Shown here: piece after piece, positions 12,619-25,500 of the stretch | How positions within the stretch are numbered: the first letter of the stretch is position 1 | Layout of the letters: every line of letters starts with the position of its first letter | Assembly: GCA_051942205.1 (NCBI GenBank) | Contig: JAVECO010000005.1 | Span: 124,001 to 188,000 of the forward strand | Length of the DNA stretch: 64,000 nt | Direction: 5' to 3' | Source of the DNA: Coniocarpon cinnabarinum | Lineage: Eukaryota | Made by a program: the position numbers and the translations under genes | Notes under the pieces: generated by a model | What the model saw: the letters and a program-made list of their open reading frames with translations, nothing else | Database searches by the model: none | Told to the model about the DNA's origin: nothing

Positions 12619-14780
12619 CGTCCCGGACACGACCAGAGGAATGTCGATTGGGCAGGCTTAAAGTTTGAGTGAGTCGGAGAATTCTATCAGCTTAGATGTC
12701 TGACACCGAGACCTCTGAGCCAAGTGCTGAACAGTCATCATTCCCGGAAACTCGGTGGGGAGCAGGTTGGGCACATAGCATTTGGCGCAAGACTTGGACC
12801 AGTCCAAGTATCGAGGGAAATTGGCACTGGGAGGTGGAAAATATTTTGTTGTCACACTCGGAGGGCCAAAAGCGTATGTCAGCACCTGGCCGGCTGGCAC
12901 CCACCCACTGGTCCAGCCGTTACTCGAAAGGTGAGGAGTTAAGATCCAAGCTTCAGCGGCTTCTGAAACGGCGCCCAAGGACAAAGACGATCATGGGCAA
13001 AGCGTCCGAGGCGTCCGCCACTAAGCGCAGTAGGCTGCTAGCATGCGTGGCCAGACGTCACAATTTGCGACGCATTGGGAGCGCCGAGGGCGAACTCTGA
13101 ACACGACACCAACCCCGGCAGTCCACATTCGGTAGTCTCACCTGCACGCTTGGAGCAATCGTCCATATTGACGTGAAACTCTGCTCTTTCGCCTTTCGAC
13201 CACTCAGCAGCCTGGGCAAGAGGCCAGGTCGCTCACGTCGCGCCTTTGTATAACTCCGCATTCGGGAGATCTGCAGGCTCGCAATGCGTTGGTATTCAGC
13301 CCTCGGGGTTTTAATCAAGTGCACAAACTCTAATAGAATGAGGCTTCGAAGTGGGAGGTCAAAGCTGTGGGCAGTCAGCACATCCTTACGGGAACATCGA
13401 AGCCGGCCAGGACTGCGCGCAAAAGAGCCGCAGGGGAGCCCGTCACGGTCGATGCGTGGACGGGCGAGCCCGATGTGTGTTCCCGGTGCCTTGCAGATGC
13501 GTTCGCTGACCAAGCAGCCATCAATGTGAGCTCCTAACCCCCCTTGACCCGGTCTGGCTCGGAGGTTGCGGTACTCCGTACGGACGTGATCCGTGGCATT
13601 CTCGATCTGTATCGTGGCGGACGAACACGTCGATGTTGTCACACAATCTGGCCCGCGGGCGTAAGGATGTGCTTGCCCATCAAGCGAGACTGTAGGGGCA
13701 CCAACCCCAGTCTCCCATAGGATAAGCCTTATGCAGCTGCCAGTCGTATGACGCTCCCGCTCGCCGGATCCACACACACATGGTGTCTCGTTTCAAGCCT
13801 GCTGGAGCTGGGTCGCTCTCAATCGGGCCGGCTTAACATTCTTCGTAAGGCCAAGCGTCGCCCGGACAGTGAGACTAGCATTGTAGCCTGGGGGCGGTTT
13901 GGGTAAATTTGGGCAACGCTTACGCAACCTAATGCGTCCTCGTGTCCGCGCACCTCCTACCTTTTCACCAGCACGACTCGTATTCATAATGTACCCCCAC
14001 AGTCGTCCTGATGTCTGTAGTGCGGGCCTTTGGCCAGGGTTTGCCACTGTTTTGCGGGCGACCGAGGCGCCAGCGCAGTCAAGCTATGTACAGACTATGC
14101 CCAAGCACCCAGTACCGTGGGCAGCCTCGCATTCACTTTGCCAACCCCTCAGGTCATACAATGAGACGGGGGTCAGTGAAGGTTCGCATGCAGCACAAAC
14201 ACGGAGCCCTCCGTAATAGCAATTTCGCAGCGTTTTGATGATCCTGTTGTGTCGCTCGAAGGTATGTTACCCTGCATGCTAGAGGCTGAGTGTTGGCCAA
14301 GCAAGCGGTTCACCCTCGCGTCGCGAATAGTTGCTCGCCCAGCGTTGCAACGCGTCGTGGTGAAAGGGCAAGGCTTGCAAGAGTCGCTGTGCTACTACTA
14401 CTCAGAGATTCCCCACGTCTTGACCGTTAGATGATTGATTGAATGTGTTTTTCTGTGGGTTGTGGGCATTGTTAGGCGGCGACAGTTGCTTTGTGACCAC
14501 TCCTACCTGGTAACAATTACCTACGTGCCTACTCCCTGCGAACATAGCGACATGGATGGATTTGAATTATTCACACCACTACATGACCCTGCCCAACGAG
14601 GCGACACAAGCTTTCATTTCATTGCACGCCAAAGCTGTTAGACAAGCCCAGTTAAGTAAACGTATGTGGCCGATGAAGGGAAGCTCCGTTTCTAATGCTT
14701 GGTCTTCTCATGCAAGTCACAGGTTGCGCGCAAATGCAAATTGCCTCAGTTGGTTTCGAGCATTTTTCCCTGTGTATCAA

Positions 14781-15957
14781 CTAGTCTTCGTCGCTCCCAG
14801 ACCGCTTTCCCTTCTTTCCGACCGTGCTTTTCCCTCTCGAGTCTGCAAACTCCTTGACTCGCTCGGCTGCGGTGGGCATAGTGCCGATGCGGTCGCTGAC
14901 TTGACCACGTCCAATCAAACTCATCACGATGCTGGCTCCAACAATGAAAGTCAAGATGAAGCGATACGTCCCGTACCACTCCGGTGTCCATCCACGTTTG
15001 GTCGTGCTCGAGTCTACAGCGTAAAGTATGTTAAAAGCCAGGAACTGGCTGATGAGGGCATATTCGACAGGGAGGAGAATCGTCGGCCAGGCCACGGCTG
15101 GGGCAATGACACCGATAGCATACCGCCGGTAGCCGCCGTAGCCGCCATACTGAGCCCATTCGAGACCCCAGTGGATGGCTCCGAGGAAGGATAAGATCTT
15201 GACTAGTTAGTACGCGCTCATATATTATGCGCTTAGGGTCTTCACGAGTAACACTGAAGCACTTACGACTGCACCGTATCCGACTTGGAGCGGCTCGAGG
15301 ACATGGAGGAGAGTTTCAGCGTTGTGCTCGCTCATGAAATATCCAAAGCCACCCATATGCGCTGCATTGTTGTATTCGAAGGCCGCAAACACGGTCGCCG
15401 TGGAGGTCGCAAGGTAGGGCAGCACACCAGCCATGCCTATCCGAAAAGCTTCTGTAGGGACGGCCTGTAGATTGAAGGTGTCTCTGATGACTTTCTGCAC
15501 GGTGTTCATTAGATTTCGTGGCTCTTGTTGCAGCTGGAAGACAGAGAGGAGAACGCACAATGTCATGACGGACGCCAGCCATCATGTCCACATCTGGTTC
15601 CTTTTCGCCCTGCCCAACTTCACTAAAGATGGGATGCACACTAGAGCCGGTCGAGACGAGCTCTGGATTCGCTTCCAGTTGCTCCGCGGCAAATTTGTCC
15701 TCTTTGTCTGGTCTCTGAACTGTGCCCGGCGCCCGCGAAGATGCATATCGGACGACTGATGTAGGCTGTCGAAATGTCGACAGAGCCAGGGGCTTCGTCT
15801 GTCTAGCGAGAGATGCAGGGAGTCTCTTTTCCGAAATAGATGAGGCGCTCGAAAAACATCTTAGCAGGACGGATCTGGGTGCTGCGCAGGGTGCTGGCTT
15901 GGACACGGAGCGGAGGAGATTGCTGCCGCAGGCTCTTGGTTGCATGCGGGCAGCCAT
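14781..15957 (-). CDS. DUF3429/TMEM69-like mitochondrial inner membrane protein; exons 15957-15559, 15494-15267, 15197-14781
   Basis: Arg/Ser-rich presequence-like N-terminus. Motifs GMAGVLPYLATS, LEPLQVGYGAV|ILSFLGAIHWGLEWA and PEWYGTYRFILTFIVGASI. Two phase-0 introns. Confidence 0.85.
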
Positions 15958-16588
15958 GTCTTGGTGACACAGCAAAGAGGGACTCGGACGAGCTAGAAGG
16001 CTCGCAACACGTGTGCGGCGGTGCGAAAGAGAGCGTGGTCGAAGGCTGTCAATGTTATTGAACCTCCCTCCGAGGGAGCTTTGCGGCAGGTACGAGAAGT
16101 AGGGCTATACGGACTGCTTCTTTGAGTAATCTGGAGCTCGGGGGCCGCCAAGAGACGCCATGACGGCACCCTGGCAAGATGTGGGCACTCGCGGCACTTT
16201 GCATTCAAGATGGATGCACCTGACGCGTGAAGAATCCAAGATCCTGTGGCTGCCACATCCCTTCCCTTTGCCTGCTTCCTGCGTTCCTCATATACCCTTG
16301 TCTTCTCTCCCGAGCCGATCAGAACGACGCTGTACCAGGCGCACCAAGGCCTTCCTCCAGCTACGCCGTAGGACGACTCGCCTGTGCACTTTATTGTTGC
16401 TTGACAGACGTCGTCTTGACACCGCCTCAGCTCATCCCGTCGCCCCACATGTTTCCCACCGACTGCAGCGCAGCTAAGCAGCCTTAGTTCAATCCAAGAG
16501 TGTCTTTCTGGAGGAGCACCATACCCGCGCATCTGATCAACAGTGGTACATCTTCATCATCACATGCGCATGCTGCAACACCGCCACA

Positions 16589-19500
16589 ATGTTCGAAGGT
16601 CTCGTTGCCAATTTGCTCAACCGCTTCTTGGGGCTCTATGTGAAGAACTTCGATCCCAAGCAGCTGAGTATTGGCATTTGGAACAATGAGGTGAAATTGC
16701 GCAATTTAGAGCTCCGGAAGGAAGCCCTTGATCAACTCAAATTGCCACTGAATGTCATCGAAGGCCATGTCGGCGAACTCACACTCTTAATACCACTTTC
16801 AAATCTGCGAGGGAAGCCGGTCCGGGTCAACATAGAGGATGTCAATGTTTTGGCGGTACCTCGCGAGGATGTGGATCTGGACCCAGAAGAGGAACGAAAT
16901 CGAAAGCATAGGATTAAGATGGAGAAGCTGGAGAGCGCCGAGTTGCTGAAGCAGAGGAACAACGAGGGCCTCAGCAAAGAGGAGCAGCAGAAACAGCAGA
17001 GCTTCGTCACGAGTCTCACCACCGCCATTGTGGACAATCTCCAGGTCACCATAAAGAATATACATGTGAGATACGAAGACGTCATTTCCAACCCGGGGCA
17101 CCCCTTTGCCGCAGGCTTGATCTTGCACGAGCTCAGTGCGGTGAGTACGAATGATCAGTGGCAACCGACTTTCATACAAAGCTCTTCCGACACGACACAC
17201 AAATTAGCCAAGTTGGAGGCGCTCGCGTTTTACTGGGATACAGATGCCGACTTAATTGGGCCGGGCAAGGCTTCGGGTGACGCACCGACTACTGAAGCCG
17301 TGCTGACCAAAATAAAAGAGTTTGGTCTGCATCCAAGCATACATCAGTATGTCTTGAAGCCAGTGAGCGGTCAAGCCGGGTTGCAAATGGACAAGACTGG
17401 GAGAATCGATCGGCCGAAAGTCAAAGCTCGTTTGTTCTTCGACGAATTAGGCTTCATTCTGGACGACAGTCAATATCGAGACAGCTTGAAGCTTCTCGAC
17501 AATCTGCATTACTTCACGAGACACCAGGAGACAAAAATGCTGCAGCCCAAGTCTCGACCCATGGAAGATCCACGGGCATGGCTGCATTTTGCTGGCAAGG
17601 CGATATTTGACCAGATCCATGAACGTAATCAAAAGTGGTCATGGAGCTATTTGAAAGAACGGCGGGATGATCGAATACGTTACATCGACCTGTTCAAGCA
17701 GCGCAAACGAGAGGAACAGTTGCCTAAAGACAAACAGCAAGAGATCGAGGCACTGGAACGAAAATTGTCTTATGAAGACCTCCGATTTTGGCGATCGCTG
17801 GCTCGCAATCAGCTCCGCAAAGAAGGAGGTCTGAAAAGCACTGCCTCCCAAGCTCAGCCACAACAGCAGAAGCAGACATGGTCATCTTGGATCTGGAGTA
17901 GTGGGAGCAGTAAAAGCAGTGACGCTGGCGATAACAAAGAGGGCGCGAGTGATGAGTCCCACATTTCTGAAAAGGACAAGGACGCGTTGTTTTCGGTCAT
18001 CGATTGGGACGAGAAAGCAGCGGTGGCCGAGGCAGTCGACGTGCCTAAAGAAACAGTCAAAGTGCAAGTTCGAGTCAGCTTACAGACTGGCAGCTTCACT
18101 TTGAAACGAGACCCCCGTGCAGAAAACACTGAAATCGTCAACCTTCTTTTTGATTCCCTGCACACAACTTTCATCCAGAGACCGACATCTTCATTGCTTC
18201 GACTCAGTCTTGGTGGTTTGCGGCTTTATGATGACACCACTCCAAACAATCTCTACCGCCAGACCATTACTGTCAAGGATGCACCACAGTTACAAATAGA
18301 GGACCAGTCAAGCAATGAAACCGAAGAAGCAGCAGTCAAGAACGCGTTGAGTCTGAGCGACACGCAGGCGGATGAGCATTACGATCAGGCTTTCTTTGCA
18401 ATGACGTTTGAGCAAAGTCCGATCGACGATAGTGCTGACTCTGCAGTAAATGTCAAACTACGTGGCATGGAAGTCGTATACAATCCTGCATTGGTTGTAG
18501 AGATTGCGAAGTTTTTCAAACCTCCCGAAACTCACATGGAATCTATCTCGGCTCTTATGGATTCCGCCGGTGAGGCTGTTGAGGGAATACGTAAACAGAC
18601 AAGAGCTGGCCTGGAGTTCGCCCTTGAGGAACATCGAAGCGTCAATGTAAAGCTTGATCTGCAGACTCCGCTTATAATTGTCCCCGACTCGGTGGTCAAG
18701 GAAAGCTCAACATGCATGATTGTTGATGCTGGTCATATCAGTGCCAATAGTGAGCTTATCAGCAAGGACACTATCAAAGAAATTCAAGACAAACAAAGTC
18801 AGCAATACAGTGACGAAGACTATAGACGCCTAGAGGGTTTGATGTACGACAAGTTTAATCTCAAGCTGGAGTCCACTCAGGTTCTTATTGGCCCGAATAT
18901 TCAAGCCACTCGGGAGCAGCTAGAGGCCCAGACTCCGTCACATAATTTTCACGTCATTGAAAGAATCAACATGGATTTCCTCGTTGAGAGCTGCATCGTT
19001 CCAAAGGGATCCAACCTTACCAAGTTTCGCATCAGTGGCAAGCTTCCGCTCCTCCATGCTTCATTTTCGGACGCCAAATACAAAAGCCTCATGCGTCTCA
19101 TTAGCGTCGCAATACCAAATTTCGATGACGATGATTCAGAAAGCGCACAGACCGCGAGTATGACGGCACAAAAAGCTTTAGAGGAGCCGAACGGTCACGT
19201 AGAAACCTCAATGAGACCCCGGTCAAAGTCATTCCAATTTTCCGCCCAAGAGCATGCAATCCTTGTGGATGAGGAAGACGAAATTGATAAGCAGCAGACG
19301 TTTGAAGACACGACACAAGGTCATCAGGATTCCGAGGATGACTTGACGCAGAGAATGTTTGAATTCAATTTTGTTGTAGAAAAGCTGCAAGGCTCTGTGT
19401 TCAAATCCGATGCACAGCACGAGGCAAGCGACAAGCTACTTGCGAGGCTTGTCGGAGAGCACTTTGGACTGCAATTCTTCATGCGAAATTACGACATGAC

Positions 19501-22500
19501 TGCCGAGGTTCAGCTCAGTTCACTTGCGCTTGAAGACCATGTTGAAGAAGAGCCTCTTGAGGAGTTCAAGAACATTATCTCATCTGAAGATAGCTCAGAC
19601 AACCCTTCGAAGGAACTTCTCAGGGTGAAGTACTTCGGTGTCAATAAGAATTCACCTGAATTCATGACAACGTACGAAGGCTGCGACACCAACGTTGAAG
19701 TGACCGTCTCTACCATTAATGTGTTCGTGACTCGGAGGACCTTGCTGACCCTGCTCGACTTTGTAATGGACACATTCGTCTCTAGCGACGACGACGAATC
19801 TTCACAGGACGAAAAGGGCGCTGGGGATGCCGCCAAGAACAATCAAGTCACTGACACACAAATACAAACTGCCCCTGAAAGCAAGATTCGAATAAAGACA
19901 GAGCTGAAGAGAATAGCGCTCATTCTCAACAATGACGGGATACGACTGGCGACTTTGGGTTTAGATACTGCGAGTGTCAATGTACTCGTTCTCAGCAAAA
20001 CTATGCGTGTTGCTGCACGGCTTGGTAACATGTCACTTGTTGACGATGTGAATCAAGGAGCAGATCTGGACTCGCCCTTGCGAAAGCTCTTGACGATTGA
20101 AGGGGACAATCTGGCTGATTTCACCTACGACACGTTTGACGCCGAGAGTGAAACGTACCCAGGCTACGACTCTGCCGTATACCTTCGATCAGGCTCTCTC
20201 AAGGTCAACTTCGTGACAGAGCCGTTTCGCAAGATCATGGACTTTGGTGTGAAGTTCGGGAAGATGCAAACAATGTTTGCCGCCGCTCGTCTTGCTGCGG
20301 CAAACCAACAGTTTTCTCCTTCGGGAACGATGCAGTTCGATGTTGTAATGCGCACGCCCATTGTTGTTTTCCCTGCAGCTGTGGTCGGAATGGGCTCCCA
20401 AAAAGACTCGCTCACTGCATACTTGGGTGAAGTCTACGCGAAGAACAATTATACTCCACTCGATGACGCGCAGAATTCTGACACTGCGAATGAGTTCACT
20501 GCGGGTATTCGCAACGTGCGCCTGCAGTCACTTCTTCATTACAGTGAAGACCGCAGTGAGCAGCTTGAGTTGATAGAAAAGGTCGACCTTGGTTTTAGTA
20601 TGACAAACGTCGAGCACAAAAAAGGTTCAAAACGACCCGAGTGGGAGATCAGAAGTACACTTTCTGATGTCAACGTCCGTATCACTTCGCAACAGCTGAA
20701 GCTTGTGATGGGATTGGTCACAACTGTTCCTGAAGCATTTGCGACTGAGTCAGACGTAGACGTAGAGCGAGATGTAGAGAAAGAGCTGCCCTCGACCACG
20801 ATACAACCTGCAAAGAGACTTATCAAGGCACCCGAAGGACCGTCGGCCGATGTGCAAAAGCCCAGTCAGCTGAACCCAGAGCTTGACGCAGGCGCTGAAA
20901 AGTGGTCGAGCATGGATCTTGTTTTCAAAGCCGGCGCAATTGGCCTGGAGCTGATCCAAGATGAGCCCAACAACCCAGTTGGGGATACCAAAAAGGCCAG
21001 TCTCTCCAGATTTTCGCTCAATCGTACACGGATCAAGGCACGCATGATGAGTGACGGCGGCCTCGAATCCGAGCTGCAAATTGAGTCCTTTACAGTCCAG
21101 GATACACGGCAGAGGGAGACAAACAAGTTCCGCAAGATCATGTCTCTCAACAATTCAGACATTTCCCAGCAATTCATGGCAAGCTTCACAATGTCAGGCG
21201 GTCAGGAAAGCAACATGATGGTGCTTTTGACAGTGGACAGTCCGCGAATCATTCTCGCGCTTGATTATCTTCTCGCGGTCCAGTCTTTCGTCGGTGCCGG
21301 CCTAACTACAGAAGAGGAAGACAACGTTGAGCAAATCCTCCAACAAGAGGAAGCGGCAAGCGATGAGGATCTGACCGGCCATGAAGAGAAGCCAAGTCCC
21401 AAACCTGAAGACAAAACCAAGTCGGATAGTGGTGGGAGTTTGTCATTCAGAATCAATCTTGTGGATGCACAGGTGGTTCTTCTCGCTAACCCTGCAATGG
21501 CATCCTCCGAAGCCATTGTCCTGGGCATGAAGCAAACCATTGTGACTCAACAACATGCTCTGACGTTACAGGTAGAAAAGGTGGGGATGTTCCTGTGCAG
21601 AATGGACAAATTCGATACCAGTCGCTTGCGCATCCTGGATGATTTCAGCATAGCAACATCGCATGACGTGCGCACACAGAACAGCAGCTCGTCCATGATC
21701 AACATCCAGGTTGACGTAGAGCCTCTCATCCTACGCTTGTCAGTGCGTGATGTACAAATGATCCTCGCTATTATTACAAAGGCAACGTCCTCCAGTGACC
21801 AGAACAAGCCGCCACCAAAATCGGAGAAACCTGAAAAGGTCAAACAGATACAGGGCTCGTCCCACGCTCCTTCGACACGGCGAGCTTCGACTGCCAGAAG
21901 GCAAACACTGCCGTCCACCAAATCTCAGAGGACCCAGAAGCCAAGCGAACCCACCGAAAGTCAAGGCCAAGGAACCACCTCAGTCATTCTAAAGCGAGAA
22001 CAGGCAAACATCCACGTGAATGGGATCCGTGTCGTGCTCATTGGAGCGGTCCATGAGTTACCAATTCTGGATTGGAGCGTGAAGCAATTTGGCATTGATG
22101 TGAGAGACTGGTCTGGTGCAATGACTGCAGAGACATCTGTTGACACCTTCTTCAACATCTACAATTTCTCCAAATCCGCGTGGGAACCGCTCATCGAACC
22201 TTGGACAATCGGCTTCCACATGTCTCAACAACAGAATCCATCTAAGCTCGTCGTAGAATTATATTCGAGAAAAACAATGGAGGCGACACTTACACCTGCA
22301 TCCATTGCGCTACTCTACAAGACCTTTGTTATGATCTCAGACAATAATGAAGATGTTCTTTCCAAGCCTAGGCGCTCAGACGCCCCGTACAGACTACGCA
22401 ACTTCACAGGCTTCACGATGAGCGTATGGTCTCAAAGCGGTGAAGGCTCCGAGGGTTCTGCTGCCAAGCTGTCAGATGGCGAGGAGATTCCATGGCGATT

Positions 22501-25500
22501 CGAAGATGCCTCAACGACTCGCGAGACTCTGGCACCGGAAGGTTCGACTGGAAATTTGGGCATCAACTTGGAAGAAAGCGGTTTTGATAGTGTTGACAAG
22601 ATTCCAGTTGGGCGTGAGGGTGAAGCACTCTACGGCTTGACCCCGAGGCAGGACAAGGTACTACACCGCTTCCTCGTTGAGGTCAAACTGAAATCCGACA
22701 ACATCAAATACATAACGTTCAGATCACCGTTGATTGTGGAGAACAATACCCAGATACCTATAGAGCTCGGTGTCTACAGTCCAGAAGAAGGTCACCTCGT
22801 CAAGGTGGAGAAGATCGCTCCTGGTGATTACCGGCCAGCGCCTGTAGGCGCAGCGTTCATGCACTCGGTAGTTGTGCGTCCAGACGAAGGCTTTGGATAC
22901 ACGTGGTCAAACGAGAGGCTATTCTGGAAAGATCTGCTCAAAACGCCTACTAACTCGATTACTTGCAGGGGTGAGCAAGGAAACGAGGCGCCTCCCTTCT
23001 ACTTTCAAATGAACGCTATATACGAAAAGCACAACCCCTTGACGAAGATATATCCTTACATGAAGATTCGACTTTCACCGCCAGTTGAGCTTCACAACTT
23101 ATTGCCTTACGATTTCAAGTACCGTATTTACGACAAGAACACAAAGCGCGACTGGACCAACTTTCTTCGCAAAGGTGGCATTAGTCCTGGTCACGTCATG
23201 AGCCTTTCACACCTTCTCCTATTAAGTATCGATCTTCAAGATGTCCCTTTCAAACAAAGTGATTTTGCTATCATAAACACACCAACGCGAGAATATAAAC
23301 GGGAGTCTAACCTCGTGGTCAAGGACGAGAATGACATTCCGCTACGGCTGAAACTGCACTACTACACTATGCCAGACACTGGCGGTGCTTTCAAAGTCTC
23401 GATTTACAGCTCACATGTGGTTTTAAATCGGACTGGCTTGGAGCTGGACCTTAGGAGCAAACAGTTTATGGGCACTACGAAGGGCGCTGCAGGCGCCAAG
23501 CAGACATCGAAAGCTGGCATTGCGGATGGACGACCAGAGCGTGCTAAGCCTTTCATGTTTTCCTTTCCAACTGATGACCAAAAGAACCGCGCTCTCGTCA
23601 GAGTTGGAGACTCCGATTGGAGCAAGCCGCAGAGTCTTAACGCTATTGGTACTCAATATAGTGCCACAGTTCCTTCACCGAATGGCAAGTCCGAGATGCA
23701 GCTTGGTGTCTCTATCACTCAAGGCGAGGGCAAATACAATCTTACCAAGGTAGTGACAGTCACGCCTCGGTATTTGATTCGCAGCAGGTTGAAGGAAGAC
23801 GTCGACATCAGAGAGCCAGGCTCTTCCAATGTGACTACCCTCAAATCCGGCGACTTGCACCCCTTAAGATACATGCGTCCGAATCAAGCTCAGCAGTTGT
23901 CACTATGCTTTCCTGGCTTGAACAATCAGTGGTCTGCACCCTTTCAAATCTCAAATGTCGGGCGGGTTCACGTCAAGCTTGCCAAGGAGAAACAGCGGCA
24001 GCAGTTGATCAAGGTCGAGATCCTAATGGAGGAGGCCACTATCTTCCTACATCTTAGCGAAACGGAGCAATGGCCATTCGCAGTCCGAAACGAGAGTGAC
24101 ACCGAGTTCCGTTTCTATCAAGCCAATCCTAATGTAGATGCTGAGGACGAAGATCAAAGCACCAACTTCCGAGCCATCCGGTACCGCATACCATCGCGAA
24201 GTATTATGCCGTATGCATGGGACTATCCAGCTTCACGGAATAAAGATCTTGTCCTTGATTTTGAAGGCAAGACTCGCCACGTGAAGCTGGCCGAGATCGG
24301 TCCCCAGAAACCATGGTCAATCCCAGGCGACCAAGGCCGGTTGAAGGCAATTGGCGTTGACGTGGTTGCTGATGGGCCAAAACAAGAACTTGTACTTTCA
24401 AACTTCAAACAAGCTTTGAGCATGTTCAGAGCCAAGTCGAGCACGTCAGTCAAAAGCATGGAAGACAAGTTCGAGCTCAAGGAGCAATCGTCCCCGGTTA
24501 CAATGAGCATCAACTTGAGATTAGCAGGTTTCGGCATGTCTATTATCAATCAACATTTCCGCGAGTTGCTCTATGTCACCTTCAGAGACTTGGAGCTCAA
24601 GTACAACGATTCCGAACTCTATCAGACCGTGGACTGGACGACTAAGTGGATACAGATCGACAACCAATTATACGGAGGCATTTTTCCGATTCTCTTGTAT
24701 CCGTCAGTCGTTCCAAAGACGGGCAGGGAGCTCGAGACGCATCCGATTTTCCATGCAGCTGTGACACGTGTCAAGGACGATTCATACGGGGTTCTCTACA
24801 TCAAGTACGCAACGTTTCTCTTGCAGCAAATGACTTGTGAGATTGATGAGGACTTCATCTTCTCCATGCTCGACTTCATCAAAATTCCAGGGATCACACC
24901 TGAAGTTGACGATAGTCAAGGTAAGCTGTGCGACGAAGAACTCGACATCCCCGAACCACAAAAAGAAGAACAGGGACAAGACATGTATTTCGAGCTGTTG
25001 CACCTTCAGCCAATTCAGATCGATCTGTCATTCGTCCGGACCGAGCGCATCAATGCTGAGGACACCATGGCTGTCAACAATCCATTTATGTTCGCAGTCA
25101 ACGTGATGACCATGTCTCTTGGCAATGTGAACGACGCACCGCTACGATACAACGCCCTTATGATCGAGAATGCCCGCATCTCTCTTGCGATGCTCATGTC
25201 CAACATCCAGTCACATTTTGTTCAGGAATCCCTAAGACAGATGCATATCGTCTTGGGCTCTGCCGATTTCCTCGGTAACCCAGTAGGTCTGTTCAACAAT
25301 GTCTCATCTGGCGTTGCAGATATCTTCTATGAGCCTTACCAAGGTCTGGTCATGACAGACCGACCGCAGGATCTTGGTCTGGGCATTGCGAAGGGTGCTT
25401 CATCGTTTGTCAAGAAATCTGTGTTCGGCTTCTCAGATTCTATGGCTAAGTTCACTGGCTCAATCTCGAAAGGCCTGGCCGCTGCCTCTCTCGACAAAGA

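Noticed and set aside
13058..14641. Several 80-240 aa ORFs between the redoxin and DUF3429 genes
   Set aside because: No motifs, mostly non-ATG starts, and no coherent exon chain; consistent with chance ORFs.
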